Position numbers and translations under genes: made by a program. A stretch of DNA of 64,000 bases from the NCBI GenBank assembly GCA_965261345.1, contig OZ253449.1, positions 2,221,826 to 2,285,825 on the forward strand. The letters are read 5' to 3'. Below are positions 35,410-46,425 of this stretch, piece after piece (position 1 is the first letter of the stretch; the number at the start of each line of letters is the position of its first letter). The notes below the pieces were generated by a model. The model saw only the letters and a list, made by a program, of their open reading frames with translations, did no database searches and was not told the DNA's origin. Source of the DNA: Chloroflexota bacterium (GTDB taxonomy: Bacteria > Chloroflexota > UBA11872 > VXNJ01).

Positions 35410-38400
35410 GAGCCGAGCGAATTGTTGATTTGCTCACCCGCCGCGATGAATTTGCCGCCGCGATCGAAAGCGCCCTCGAGCCGGGCCAAAAGACGATCTG
35501 TTGCATGCGGCCAACCGGCGCGATGGTGGTCGCCAAACTGGTGGCGCAGGCCAAGGCCCCGCTGCTGCTGCTGGTCTCCGACGAGAACCGCGCCGAGGAA
35601 CTGGTCCGCGAGCTCGAGTTGTGGGCGCCACGGCTGGACGTGCTCCATTTTCCGGCCGCCGACCACTATCTAAATGCCCAGTCCGGCATCGATCACGCGA
35701 TTCTGGCCGGCCGCTCGCAGGTGCTAAAGCGACTCACCTTAGCCCGCCTCAACCAAACCCAGTCAAGCAGCTTCCTGGTGATCGCCTCGGCCCGGGCGAT
35801 CGCCCCCAAGCTCTGCCCGGTCGAAGAATTTGCCGAGCGTCTGCTCTCGCTGGCGCCGGGGATGCGGATCGAGCCGCGGCTGCTGGCCGAGCGCCTCCAG
35901 GAGCTCGGATACCGTCGGTCGCCGCTGGTGGAGGAACCGGGCGAATTCGTTCAACGCGGCGGACTCGTCGACTTTTTCCCGCCCGAGGCCAAGCTACCGA
36001 TCCGGGTCGACTTTTTTGACGACGAAATTGAATCACTGCGCCATTTTGCGGTCGGCAGTCAACGATCCGAAAACCACCTGGAGGCCTGGGAGGTCGGCTC
36101 GGCCACTGAGTACGCGGTCTGGTCCAGTCCGGAAGCGGCCGCTCAACTCTCGCAACTTGATGCCTCCGGGCTGCGTCGCGCTGACCAGGACCGCTTCGCC
36201 CGCGAAATAGCCCTGCTCGAGCACCAAGCGTTTTTTGACGCCGCCCCGTTCCTGCTCGGTTCGGCCCTTCCGCGCTTCAGCTGCCTGCTCGACTACGCCG
36301 CCGGCCTTGGCATGGCCATCGAAGAGCCGGATCTGGTGCGTTGGTCGCTGGCTGAATACTGCGGCACCGAGGCCCGGTTGCGCGCCGAAATGGTCGCCGA
36401 TCGCCAGCTCCCGGCCGGCCTGGGTTCGCCTTTGTTTGACAGCCAATGGCTAAGTGATCGGTTCGGCGAGGCGGAATTGACGATCACCCAGAGCCCGCCC
36501 GGTCCCAACGCGCCGGTGGTGACTGCGGCGACCGAGATGTCGGCCCCCGACAGCTACGGCGGGCGTCTACTGCACATGGCCCATGAACTCTCGCAATCGG
36601 GGATGGCCACGATACTGGCCAGCTACCAGGGCGATCGATTGCTCGAACTGCTAGTTGAGCATGGCGTCTGGGCCAAACGACTCGCCGACGCAACGATGCC
36701 GCTGCGGGCCGGTGACGTGGTGGTGGTCCGGGCCTCGCTCGCAAACGGCTGGCGTCATCGTTCGTTGAATCTGCAGCTACTTACCGATTCGGAAATCTTT
36801 GGGCGCCAGCGCCGCCAGAAACAGGCAACATTCCAACCGCATGCCGACGAAGACTTCCTGCTTGACCTGAGCCCGGGCGAACTGGTGGTTCACGTCGAGC
36901 AGGGTATCGGACGGTACCAGGGGGTGGTGCGGCTGGCGGATGCGGCCGGCGACCGCGAATACCTGCAAATCATCTATGCCCAGGATGCCAAGCTCTACGT
37001 CCCGGTCGAGCAGATGGGGCGGATCCAGCGTTACGTGGCCGCCGGCGAGGCCACTCCCAAACTCTCGCGCTTGGGGACCGCCGACTGGAACCGGGCCAAG
37101 ACCAAGGCGACGAAGGCGGCGCGCGACATTGCCGGCGAACTGTTGGAAATCTACGCCACCCGCGAAACCAGCACCGGCCATCGCTTCGGCCCCGACTCGG
37201 ATTGGCAGGTTGCTATGGAGCAGGCCTTCCCGTTCGTGGAAACACCCGATCAACTCTCGGCCATCGAGGCAGTAAAGGCCGACATGGAGGCCGATCGGCC
37301 AATGGATCGGTTGATCTGCGGCGATGTCGGTTTCGGTAAGACCGAGGTCGCCGTCCGGGCCTCGTTCAAGGCGGCCCACGAGGGCAAGCAGGTGGCAGTT
37401 CTGGTCCCGACCACCATCCTGGCCCAGCAGCACTTTGATACGTTTGGCGACCGATTGCAGGAATTCCCGATGCGGGTGGCCATGCTCTCGCGCTTCCAGA
37501 CCCCGGGCGAGCAGAAACGGGTGGTCTCCGAAATTGCCTCCGGCAACGTTGATGTCGTAATCGGCACCCACCGGCTGCTCTCACGCGATATCAAGTTCGC
37601 CGACCTCGGGTTGGTGGTTGTCGATGAAGAACAGCGTTTCGGGGTATCGCAAAAGGAAAAACTAAAAAAAATGCGCGCTGATGTGGACATCCTTACCCTG
37701 ACCGCCACCCCGATTCCGCGCACCCTGCACATGGCCCTTACCGAGGTTCGTGACATCTCGGTGATCGAGTCGCCGCCGCACAATCGCCGGCCGGTCAAGT
37801 CCTACGTGACCGGTTATTCCGAGGATGTGGTCCGAGAAGCGATCGAATCGGAGTTGGCCCGCGGCGGGCAGGTGTTCTTCGTTCACAACCGCGTCAACTC
37901 CATCTATGGGGCCGCCACCAGGGTGCGCAAGATTTGTCCCGCCGCCCGGGTGGCGGTCGCCCACGGACAGATGCCGGCCAACGCCCTGGAATCGACGATG
38001 GTTGAATTTGCCTCCGGTCAGAGCGACGTTTTGGTCTGCACCGCGATCATCGAGAACGGGGTCGATCTTCCCAACGTAAATACCCTGATAGTCGACGAAT
38101 GCTGGATGTTCGGCTTGGCCCAGCTGTACCAGTTGCGCGGGCGGGTGGGGCGTTCGGCGACCCAGGCCTATGCCTATTTCCTCTACACCCGCGAGGACCG
38201 ACTGACTGAATCCGCGCAGCAGCGCTTGCAGGCGGTGCTTGAGGCCAATGACCTGGGCGCGGGTCTGCGATTGGCAATGCGCGACCTGCAGATCCGCGGG
38301 GCCGGTGACATGCTGGGCGCCAACCAATCCGGGTTTGCCAACTCGGTGGGCCTCTATATGTACCTGCAAATGGTTCGCGATGCGGTCCGGGAATCAAAGA

Positions 38401-38888
38401 ACGACGGGTCGGCCCCCGAACGCAAACAGCACATCACCCCGGTCGATCTTCCGCTGGCAGCCTACATTCCGGACGAGTATGCCGGTACTTATGCCGCCAA
38501 ACTGCGCGAATACCAACGCCTGGTACGGGCGATCTCAGTTAGTGATGTTGAAGCGGTGGCCGACGGGTTGCGCGAGCGGTTCGGCGAATTTCCCGCGGCG
38601 GTCGCCAATCTGGTCTACGTGGCCCGGGTGCGGGCGCGGGCCACCGCCCTTGGAATCAATTCGATCGCCACCACTGGTGGCGATCTCTCTATCCGGGTCG
38701 ATGGGCAATTTGCTATCGATCGCTCCGACCTTCGGCGAACCCTAGGCTGGGATGCCCGGGTCGGGCAGATGGGAATTGTCTGGCCCGATTTCGAATCGGC
38801 GCCGGACTGGCGCGACAAGCTGCTCTCCTGCATGGAACGGCTGGCCGCTCGCAGGGGATCGGTCAATCCGGCCCCCGCCAAGGCCTAA
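35406..38888 (+). CDS. mfd: Transcription-repair coupling factor
   Basis: 1160 aa. UvrB-homology N-domain and a RecG-like SF2 helicase core (LICGDVGFGKTEVA, DEEQRFG, TLTATPIPRTL). Start overlaps the pth stop (ATGA). Confidence 0.9.
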   Translation: MRAERIVDLLTRRDEFAAAIESALEPGQKTICCMRPTGAMVVAKLVAQAKAPLLLLVSDENRAEELVRELELWAPRLDVLHFPAADHYLNAQSGIDHAILAGRSQVLKRLTLARLNQTQSSSFLVIASARAIAPKLCPVEEFAERLLSLAPGMRIEPRLLAERLQELGYRRSPLVEEPGEFVQRGGLVDFFPPEAKLPIRVDFFDDEIESLRHFAVGSQRSENHLEAWEVGSATEYAVWSSPEAAAQLSQLDASGLRRADQDRFAREIALLEHQAFFDAAPFLLGSALPRFSCLLDYAAGLGMAIEEPDLVRWSLAEYCGTEARLRAEMVADRQLPAGLGSPLFDSQWLSDRFGEAELTITQSPPGPNAPVVTAATEMSAPDSYGGRLLHMAHELSQSGMATILASYQGDRLLELLVEHGVWAKRLADATMPLRAGDVVVVRASLANGWRHRSLNLQLLTDSEIFGRQRRQKQATFQPHADEDFLLDLSPGELVVHVEQGIGRYQGVVRLADAAGDREYLQIIYAQDAKLYVPVEQMGRIQRYVAAGEATPKLSRLGTADWNRAKTKATKAARDIAGELLEIYATRETSTGHRFGPDSDWQVAMEQAFPFVETPDQLSAIEAVKADMEADRPMDRLICGDVGFGKTEVAVRASFKAAHEGKQVAVLVPTTILAQQHFDTFGDRLQEFPMRVAMLSRFQTPGEQKRVVSEIASGNVDVVIGTHRLLSRDIKFADLGLVVVDEEQRFGVSQKEKLKKMRADVDILTLTATPIPRTLHMALTEVRDISVIESPPHNRRPVKSYVTGYSEDVVREAIESELARGGQVFFVHNRVNSIYGAATRVRKICPAARVAVAHGQMPANALESTMVEFASGQSDVLVCTAIIENGVDLPNVNTLIVDECWMFGLAQLYQLRGRVGRSATQAYAYFLYTREDRLTESAQQRLQAVLEANDLGAGLRLAMRDLQIRGAGDMLGANQSGFANSVGLYMYLQMVRDAVRESKNDGSAPERKQHITPVDLPLAAYIPDEYAGTYAAKLREYQRLVRAISVSDVEAVADGLRERFGEFPAAVANLVYVARVRARATALGINSIATTGGDLSIRVDGQFAIDRSDLRRTLGWDARVGQMGIVWPDFESAPDWRDKLLSCMERLAARRGSVNPAPAKA

Positions 38889-39065
38889 CCGAACCCGCCG
38901 CGCATGCGTCTGTTATTGTTGTTTGCTTTGAGGGACGCCGAGGCTAGAGGAGTTTCGATGAGCGCGCCGGCGGTCAATAAAATCCCGCGGCCACAGTTAT
39001 TTCAGTGCTGCCCGCACCGAACCGAAACCCACCAAATTATTAAGTTCAAGAACAGCCTGCCCTAG

Positions 39066-41459
39066 ATGGCCCAACGTCGCAAGACCCCCAAATCGCCGCC
39101 CGGCAAATCCAAAGCGGCGCCCAATCTCGTAATCGTTGAATCGCGCACCAAGGCCCAGACGATCAAGCGCTACCTGGGCAAGGACTATCAGGTCCTGGCC
39201 TCGGTTGGGCACGTTCGCGATCTCCCCAAGAGCAACCTCGGCGTCGACTTAGAAAACGGGTTTTCGCCGACTTATGTCGTACCGCGCGACAAGCAGAAGA
39301 CGGTCACTCAGATCCGCAAGGCCGCCGCCGAATCACAGACTGTGCTGCTAGCCACCGACCCGGATCGCGAAGGTGAGGCGATCGCCTGGCACCTGATGGC
39401 GGCGGCCAATTTGGATGCTGACAAGACCAGCCGGATCCGGTTTCATGAAATCACCAAGTCGGCGGTCGCTGAGGCGCTGGCCGCCCCGCGGGCGGTAGAC
39501 AATGATTTGGTGGCCGCCCAGCAGGCGCGTCGGGTTCTGGACCGCCTGGTGGGATTTACGATTTCGCCAATTCTGCGGCGGCGCATCCCCGGCGGGCGAT
39601 CGGCCGGTCGGGTTCAGAGCGTTGCCCTGCGGATCGTAGTAGATCGCGAAATTCAGCGCCGCGCCTTCATCCCGGTAGATTGGTGGACGTTGTCTGGTTC
39701 GTTTGGCCGCAAAGACGGCGAGAGCGCTGAGTTTGAAGCCGCCCTGTATGCGAAGGGGTCAGAACTGAAACTGGATTCGCAGGCCGCTGCCGACACCACC
39801 CTGGCGGATCTGAGCACAACCGGCTACACCGTTTCCGACCGCAAAATTTCCGACCGGCAGCTGCGTCCACTAGCCCCCTTTACGACCGCCAGCCTGCAGC
39901 GGGCGGCCTCCAACCGGCTGGGTCTTTCTCCGTCGCAAACGATGCGGATCGCGCAAGGCCTTTACGAGGGAGTCCGGGTTGCCGGGCGCGGGCAGATCGG
40001 CCTGATCACCTATATGCGAACCGACTCGGTTTCCGTTTCGGGGCAGGCGTTGGGAGCGGCGCGAAATTACATCGAGTCCGAATTTGGCTCGGAAGACCTC
40101 CCGGCCAAGCCCAATTTTTACAAGACTCGTACCCGCAACGCCCAAGAGGCCCATGAGGCGATCCGACCGACTGAGGCCAACCTTGCCCCGACGATGGTTG
40201 CCGATGCCTTAAATTCCGACCAGCTCCGTCTTTACGATCTCATCTGGCGGCAATTTATTGCAAGCCAGATGATCCCGGCCACATCCCGGCGAGCGGTCTG
40301 TGACATTGCCGCCGATTCGGCTAGCGGACTGTTCTTCCGGGTCGGCGCATCACGGGTGGTAACGCCGGGGCATCTCCGGGTGGCCGGCTACGGACCGCGC
40401 ATCGACCAAGCCGAATCGGATCGTTTCGATTGCTTGACGCAGCTGGAGACCGGCGCCCGACTAAAGCTCTTTGCGGCCGAGATTGCCAAGCACACGTCGG
40501 AACCGCCCTCGCGCTATAGCGAGGCGGGTCTGATCCGGGTGCTCGAAGACGAGGGGATCGGCCGACCCAGCACCTACGCCTCGATAATTCGCACACTCAA
40601 GGACCGCGAATACGTAACCACCGAGCGCCGGACCATGATCCCGACCCAAACCGGCGAGTTCGTGACCACTGCAATGTCCGAATTCTTCGCCGACATCGTC
40701 GATATCGCTTTTACCGCCCGGATGGAAGCCGAACTCGACCGTGTCGCCCGCGGCGAACGCGGTTGGGTTGAGGCCACTGGGGAATTCTGGGGAAGATTGG
40801 ATGCCGATTTGAACAACGCCCGCGAAAACCTAAAGAAACCGGTCGCCGACAAGCCGATCGACGAAGAGTGCCCGAAATGCTCCAAGGGGTTGGTCCAGCG
40901 ACTGGGCCGCAACGGCATGTTCATCGGATGCAGCGGGTTCCCCGAATGCCGCTACACCCGCAACATCGAGGGCGCCGAGGAGGAAGACTCAAAGCCGGAA
41001 GAACTAAACGAAAAGTGCCCGGACTGCGAGTCGGAACTCGTCTACAAACAGGGGCGCTTTGGCAAGTTCATCGGGTGCAGCAACTATCCCGAGTGCCGCT
41101 ACACGCGGCAGATTCTCCAGCCGATTGGAGTGGATTGCCCCCAGTGCGATGACGGCGAACTAGTGGTGAAGAAGACTCGCCGCGGAAGAATCTTCTATGG
41201 TTGCCAACGCTATCCGGACTGCGATTACTCAACCTGGCAAGACCCGCGGCGCACTCCCGCCGGGGCCGCCGACCGACCGGCCAAATCGTCGACTGAGTCA
41301 AACGGGCAATCCGAACCGGCTGCCAAGATCGGTTCCTGCCCCCAATGCGGCAAGGACCTAAATCTGAAACGCGGACGCTATGGCGAATTCGTCGGGTGCA
41401 GTGGGTTCCCTAAATGCCGCTTTACCGGCAAACCAGCCGACTTTGCGGCCGCCGGATAG
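39066..41459 (+). CDS. topA: DNA topoisomerase I with C-terminal zinc-ribbon repeats
   Basis: Toprim N-terminus (LVIVESRTKAQTI), type IA core, and four C-terminal C4 zinc ribbons (CPKC…C..C repeated). Confidence 0.9.
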   Translation: MAQRRKTPKSPPGKSKAAPNLVIVESRTKAQTIKRYLGKDYQVLASVGHVRDLPKSNLGVDLENGFSPTYVVPRDKQKTVTQIRKAAAESQTVLLATDPDREGEAIAWHLMAAANLDADKTSRIRFHEITKSAVAEALAAPRAVDNDLVAAQQARRVLDRLVGFTISPILRRRIPGGRSAGRVQSVALRIVVDREIQRRAFIPVDWWTLSGSFGRKDGESAEFEAALYAKGSELKLDSQAAADTTLADLSTTGYTVSDRKISDRQLRPLAPFTTASLQRAASNRLGLSPSQTMRIAQGLYEGVRVAGRGQIGLITYMRTDSVSVSGQALGAARNYIESEFGSEDLPAKPNFYKTRTRNAQEAHEAIRPTEANLAPTMVADALNSDQLRLYDLIWRQFIASQMIPATSRRAVCDIAADSASGLFFRVGASRVVTPGHLRVAGYGPRIDQAESDRFDCLTQLETGARLKLFAAEIAKHTSEPPSRYSEAGLIRVLEDEGIGRPSTYASIIRTLKDREYVTTERRTMIPTQTGEFVTTAMSEFFADIVDIAFTARMEAELDRVARGERGWVEATGEFWGRLDADLNNARENLKKPVADKPIDEECPKCSKGLVQRLGRNGMFIGCSGFPECRYTRNIEGAEEEDSKPEELNEKCPDCESELVYKQGRFGKFIGCSNYPECRYTRQILQPIGVDCPQCDDGELVVKKTRRGRIFYGCQRYPDCDYSTWQDPRRTPAGAADRPAKSSTESNGQSEPAAKIGSCPQCGKDLNLKRGRYGEFVGCSGFPKCRFTGKPADFAAAG

Positions 41460-41732
41460 GAATACCTGATCCCATAAAGTCGTTGCGGAAGCTGGACTAC
41501 ACCCCTGCGCCGCTACCCCAGACGGCAACGAAGTCCGGGGCCAAACCTGGCGGCGACAAAGCCTGTAAGCGAGCGCTTGATCGGCGACGCTTAAGTACAG
41601 GAATTTGCCGCCGGGCGGAACCGGAACCGTGGTCTGGAAGCGGGGTAACCCGGGCCAAGTCGGGCGCGCCCTTCTTCGGGTTCGCCCAAAAGGCCGTGCT
41701 GGGCGCTCGCTAAACCCCATACTCCATCTGGA

Positions 41733-43754
41733 TCAGCGGCCGCTCCGGAGCGGCGCCAGATGTGCCGCCACTTCGTCGATGCTGCGGGTTATCCGCAGGT
41801 CCGGCAGGCTTCGCAGCAGCCAGTTGCCGTAACGCCTGGTAAGGATCCGGTCTTCGAGCAGCGCCAGCACTCCGATGTCCGATCGGCTGCGGATCAAGCG
41901 CCCAAAACCCTGTTTTAGATCAATTGCCGTAAGCGGGAGCGAGAGCGCCCCAAAAGATGATCCGTTCTGCTGCTCGATCGCCCGGCAACGGGCCGCAAAC
42001 ACCGGGTCGGACGGCGCCGGGAAGGGCAGGCGGTCGATTACCACCATAGCCAGCGCCTCACCGCGGATGTCAACGCCCTGCCAGAAACCCTTGGTGGCAA
42101 ACAGGACGGCGTTCTGGGAGCGCCGAAATCTGCTCAGCAGGTGTCGCGTCGACGCCTGACCCTGCAGCAGACAGGTCCGGTCGGGCAGGGCCGGCTCCAC
42201 CAGGCGGTGGAATTGGCGCATCCGGCGCAGGCTGGTGCAGAGCATGAATACGCCGCCAGGGCAGGAATTGACCAGCTGAACAATCTGGTCGGCGATCGGG
42301 CCCAGTTCGGCCTCCCCGGCGCCAACCCGCGGCGGCGGCATACTGGCGGGAACATACAGCAGCGCCTGGCGCTGCAGGTCGAACGGGCTTTCGATCTGCC
42401 GCTCGATCGCATTTGTCAATCCGATTCGCGAGCGCGCGAACTCAAAATTGCCGGCCGTAGCCAGGGTCGCCGAGGTCAATGTCACCGAGGCCGCCAGGCG
42501 ATCGGGGCCAAACATCCGATCTGCCAGGATCGGGGCCACACTAAGCGGGGTGGCGATCATCCCGTAATGATCCTGGCGGTCGGGTTGGAGGTGGAATATG
42601 TAGTCGGGGTCGTGATCGCCGAGCACGTAATTTAGCGCTTCGAGCAGGTCCTGGATCGAGGCGAGCACCGGCACCAGCGGACCGAACTTGGGATCTTCGG
42701 TTTCAACCGATTCGCGCAGCGAGCGCGCGACCAGGTCCAGGCTGGATATAAGTGAGCTCGCCTGGTCGCTAATGAAATCCACGAAACGGTCACGCGATTC
42801 GGCATCGATTGAGACCTGACGCCGGTAAGGGCCATCTGTGCTCCCGCCCGCCAAGTCGGTAACGTAACGGTCGAGGCGATTAAAGAACGGCTCGGCGGCG
42901 ATGTCGAGCCCCCCGGCCGGTGGCATCCGCAGGCCGGTCAGTGCCCGGGCGGTCCGCAGGTTGCGCGCCAGCCGCTGCCAACGCGCGCGAGTGATTTCGA
43001 TCGAGAAGGCCGAGGAAGCAAACGATTCAAGCTGATGGGCCTCGTCGATTACGGCAACGTCGTGCGGTGGTAGCAGCGGATCCGCCCCCTGCTGATAGGA
43101 GTTGATTGCGGCCAGATAAAGCGCCTGATTGGTCACGATCACGTCGGCCGAACGGGCCTTCTGGCGCACCGCCGTTACGTGACACTCAGCATATAGCTGG
43201 CAGCGTTCGCCGTGGCACATATCGCCGGCTCCGTTGATCTTGGACAGGAGCGGGTCGGATGGGGGGACATTGCCCAATTCGGCAAAATCGCCGGTCTGGG
43301 TCGTTTGTGACCAGGTTGCGACTTCGGCAAGCAGCTCCCGCCGCCCGCCCGCACCAAGATCTTCGAGAGTGAGTTGACCGCCGTGCAGCTGCGCAAATTT
43401 GTATTTACATAAATAATTGGCGGCGCCCTTGAGGTTGGCGACCACAAGGTCATTTCGACCAAGGGCGGCGGCGATCAGCGGGAGGTCTTTTTCAACCAGC
43501 TGATCTTGCAATGCCCGGGTGGCGGTTGCCACCCACAACCTCTTGCCGAGCAAGATCGCCGGAGCAACGTAGGCAAATGTCTTTCCGGTTCCGGTACCGG
43601 CCTCCACGAGCAGGTCATCTCCGGCGGCAATCGCATCGGCGACTGCCTTGGCCATCTGGATTTGGCCGGCGCGGGGTTCAAACTGCTCCCCGAGGACCCT
43701 GGCGAATCGCCCTTGCGGGCCAAACACCGAGTCGAGGTCAGGTCCGCCGACCAT
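41733..43754 (-). CDS. DinG/Rad3-family ATP-dependent DNA helicase
   Basis: Walker A GTGTGKT, DEAH box VIDEAHQLE, and helicase C-terminal motifs. ~670 aa. Confidence 0.8.
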   Translation of the reverse strand: MVGGPDLDSVFGPQGRFARVLGEQFEPRAGQIQMAKAVADAIAAGDDLLVEAGTGTGKTFAYVAPAILLGKRLWVATATRALQDQLVEKDLPLIAAALGRNDLVVANLKGAANYLCKYKFAQLHGGQLTLEDLGAGGRRELLAEVATWSQTTQTGDFAELGNVPPSDPLLSKINGAGDMCHGERCQLYAECHVTAVRQKARSADVIVTNQALYLAAINSYQQGADPLLPPHDVAVIDEAHQLESFASSAFSIEITRARWQRLARNLRTARALTGLRMPPAGGLDIAAEPFFNRLDRYVTDLAGGSTDGPYRRQVSIDAESRDRFVDFISDQASSLISSLDLVARSLRESVETEDPKFGPLVPVLASIQDLLEALNYVLGDHDPDYIFHLQPDRQDHYGMIATPLSVAPILADRMFGPDRLAASVTLTSATLATAGNFEFARSRIGLTNAIERQIESPFDLQRQALLYVPASMPPPRVGAGEAELGPIADQIVQLVNSCPGGVFMLCTSLRRMRQFHRLVEPALPDRTCLLQGQASTRHLLSRFRRSQNAVLFATKGFWQGVDIRGEALAMVVIDRLPFPAPSDPVFAARCRAIEQQNGSSFGALSLPLTAIDLKQGFGRLIRSRSDIGVLALLEDRILTRRYGNWLLRSLPDLRITRSIDEVAAHLAPLRSGR

Positions 43755-43796
43755 CAGCCGGTGAGGACCTGAGCTGAGGGAACCGCGGGCGGGCGG

Positions 43797-46232
43797 TTAG
43801 TCCGAATCGATCTGAACCGAAATGGACTGGGCGATTGAATCAATCGCTGAGCCAATGTGAATCTGGTGCGGGCCGCAGTGCAGCGTCCAGCCGCGCGTGC
43901 CGGGGTCCCAAAACGAGAACGACCGGTCATTGAATTCAAGCTCGACCGCTCCGGTTTCGCCGGGATCCAACTCGATCCGGGCGAATGCCCCCAGTTCCCG
44001 GCGCGGGCGGAACACCGGCCCTGCCGGCGACTCAATATAAGCCTGGACCACCTGCGCGCCGCGGCGGTCTCCGTTGTTGGTCACGTCCACTTCAATCCGC
44101 AGGTAACCGCCCGGGCCGTGCGAGCAAATTCGTGGGTTCCCGATTTGGAAGGTTGTATAGGAAAGCCCGTGACCGAAGCGGTATCGGGCCGGCAGTTGGC
44201 GGGTGTCGAAATGGCGATAGCCCATCAACAATCCCTCGCCGTAGCGGACCTCGCCGGATTCGCCCGGAAAATTTCCAAATGAAGGCGAATGTTCGATCCG
44301 CAACGGGATGGTTGTCGGCAGTCGTCCGGATGGGTTGACAGCCCCGCTGATAACGTCGGTCAGGGCATTTGCCAATTCCTGGCCGCCAAACCAGCATTGC
44401 AAGATCGCGGGTACGCTCTCGTCCCAGGCCATCGTCACCGGTGAGGCGGCATTGATAACCACCACGGTGTTGGGATTGGCCTGGGCGACCCGCAAAATCA
44501 GTTCGTCCTGGCCACAGGGAAGGTTCATGTCGGGGCGGTCTACGCCCTCGCTCTCAAAGTCCTCGTTATTGCCAACCACAACGATTGCGATATCGGCAGC
44601 GCGCGCCGATTTGACCGCGGCCTCGAGCATGTCGGCCGGCAGTGGCGGCCGCAACCCCACCCGGGCCGCCCGAAACATGGGGGCGCCTTGCCCGAGATAA
44701 TCGATGTGTATTTTGTGCTGTCCCGCGGACAGCACCAAATCCTCTATCGCCTCGATACTTCCAAACCCGAAATAAGACTCACCGGGTGGGAGCGGCGCAT
44801 TGATACCGTCAATTACGACCTTGCCATCAACCGACACGCGGGTCTGCCCCACCTGGTAGAGCGACAGCTGGTAGGTTCCCGCAATATCTGCGTTAAATAT
44901 CGCGCTGGCGCGGGCGCGGATCAACGACCCATTGGGATTGGGCGCAAAGTCCAAAAATTCCGACCGTGAAACCGTTTCGGTACGGCTTACCGCTCCGTCA
45001 GCGTCGAGATATTCAACCCTCATGCCCGCGCCTCCGTCCGGGGATTGCAGGTTGGGCGCCTCAATCGTCGGCAAGAATTTGCCGACCCAGACACCCGGCG
45101 AATATTCGACCGTGCTACCTGGTCCGAGCGCCGCTCGCAGGCTGCCGGGCAGATCGATCCGGTAATGTGGCTGTAGCTGCGCCGATCCGCCGCCGTAGAG
45201 CTGAAGGCGGCCGGCATTGTGGCCGATGAGGGCTACTTTTTTTCCGCCGGCCAGCGGCAATAGATCCCCATCATTTTTTAAAAGTACGATGGCCTCGGCC
45301 GCCGCCCGGCGAATGATCTGGCGATGTTCGGGCAGATCGACCTCGTTTTCATGGTCGATCATCGGGCCTTCAAATCCACCGACCCGCTCGATCAGCTGCA
45401 GGATCCGGGAGGCTTGCTCATCGACCAACCCCGGATCGACGTCGCCAGTATCGACCGCGGCGGCCAACGCTGGACCGAAAAATCGCGGCGGACCGGGCAT
45501 CTCAACATCGAGCCCGGCGTTGGACGATTCGACCGTGTCGACGGCCGAAAACCAATCGGTCATGACGATCCCGTCGAACCCCCACTCCTCCCGGAGCAGG
45601 TCGCGCAAGAGCCACCCATTGGCGGTGCAGAAAGTGCCGTTGAGGCGGTTGTAGGCGGTCATGACCCCCCAGACACCAGCTTCTTTAACTGCCGCTTCGA
45701 AGGGCGGCAGGTAGAGTTCGCGCAGGGTCCGCTCATCGATGACGGAGTTGATGGTCATGCGCTCGAACTCAGCGTCGTTTCCGACAAAATGCTTAATGAC
45801 GCAGGCAACGCGTTCCGACTGGACGCCGCGGATGTATGCGACCGCCATCCTCGCCGAGAGGAAGGGGTCTTCCGAATAGCATTCGAAATTCCGCCCGTAG
45901 AGCGGGGAGCGATGAAGGTTTACGGTCGGGGCCAGCAGAACCGAACAGGATTTGGTCTTGGATTCCTGGCCAAGTGCAACGCCGATCCGTTCAACCAGGG
46001 CCGGGTTCCAGGTCGCCCCCAGAGCCGATCCGCAGGGGAAGCACGCCGAAGTTTTGCCCAACCCGAATATGCCGGCACCGCGCGCGCCGTTGGGCCCGTC
46101 GGTAACTTTCAGGCCGGGAACGCCCAGGCGCTCTATTCCCTGCATGAACCACATTGATTCTCCGGATGTGAGGGCGGCCTTTTCCGCGATGGTCAGGGCG
46201 CGAACGATATCGGGGCGGGGTCGATTGTTCAC
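43797..46232 (-). CDS. Glycoside hydrolase family 3 beta-glucosidase (BglX-like) with C-terminal beta-sandwich domain(s)
   Basis: GH3 N-domain (…SEDPFL…GFDGIVMTDW…) and C-terminal GH3 plus fibronectin-III-like domains. 811 aa. Confidence 0.85.
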   Translation of the reverse strand: MNNRPRPDIVRALTIAEKAALTSGESMWFMQGIERLGVPGLKVTDGPNGARGAGIFGLGKTSACFPCGSALGATWNPALVERIGVALGQESKTKSCSVLLAPTVNLHRSPLYGRNFECYSEDPFLSARMAVAYIRGVQSERVACVIKHFVGNDAEFERMTINSVIDERTLRELYLPPFEAAVKEAGVWGVMTAYNRLNGTFCTANGWLLRDLLREEWGFDGIVMTDWFSAVDTVESSNAGLDVEMPGPPRFFGPALAAAVDTGDVDPGLVDEQASRILQLIERVGGFEGPMIDHENEVDLPEHRQIIRRAAAEAIVLLKNDGDLLPLAGGKKVALIGHNAGRLQLYGGGSAQLQPHYRIDLPGSLRAALGPGSTVEYSPGVWVGKFLPTIEAPNLQSPDGGAGMRVEYLDADGAVSRTETVSRSEFLDFAPNPNGSLIRARASAIFNADIAGTYQLSLYQVGQTRVSVDGKVVIDGINAPLPPGESYFGFGSIEAIEDLVLSAGQHKIHIDYLGQGAPMFRAARVGLRPPLPADMLEAAVKSARAADIAIVVVGNNEDFESEGVDRPDMNLPCGQDELILRVAQANPNTVVVINAASPVTMAWDESVPAILQCWFGGQELANALTDVISGAVNPSGRLPTTIPLRIEHSPSFGNFPGESGEVRYGEGLLMGYRHFDTRQLPARYRFGHGLSYTTFQIGNPRICSHGPGGYLRIEVDVTNNGDRRGAQVVQAYIESPAGPVFRPRRELGAFARIELDPGETGAVELEFNDRSFSFWDPGTRGWTLHCGPHQIHIGSAIDSIAQSISVQIDSD

Positions 46233-46425
46233 GGTCGATATGCTCTTTTCTGGCTCATTGGATTCAATATCTAAGGGTTACAGGATGGCTCGTACATAAA
46301 TTGTTGACTATTCGGATTCCAATTGCGTTGCAGAGAATGCCGGCCGGCCGGTCCTTTCCTGGATTGGTGATATTGCCGTCCATGGCAACCCTGAATCTTG
46401 CCGGCAATCGCCGGAGTTCTTTCCC

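Noticed and set aside
36777-38369. Two minus-strand ORFs of 264 and 235 aa inside mfd
   Set aside because: Antisense to mfd with biased composition, a high-GC artefact.
45324-46157. 277-aa plus-strand ORF inside the GH3 gene
   Set aside because: Antisense artefact.
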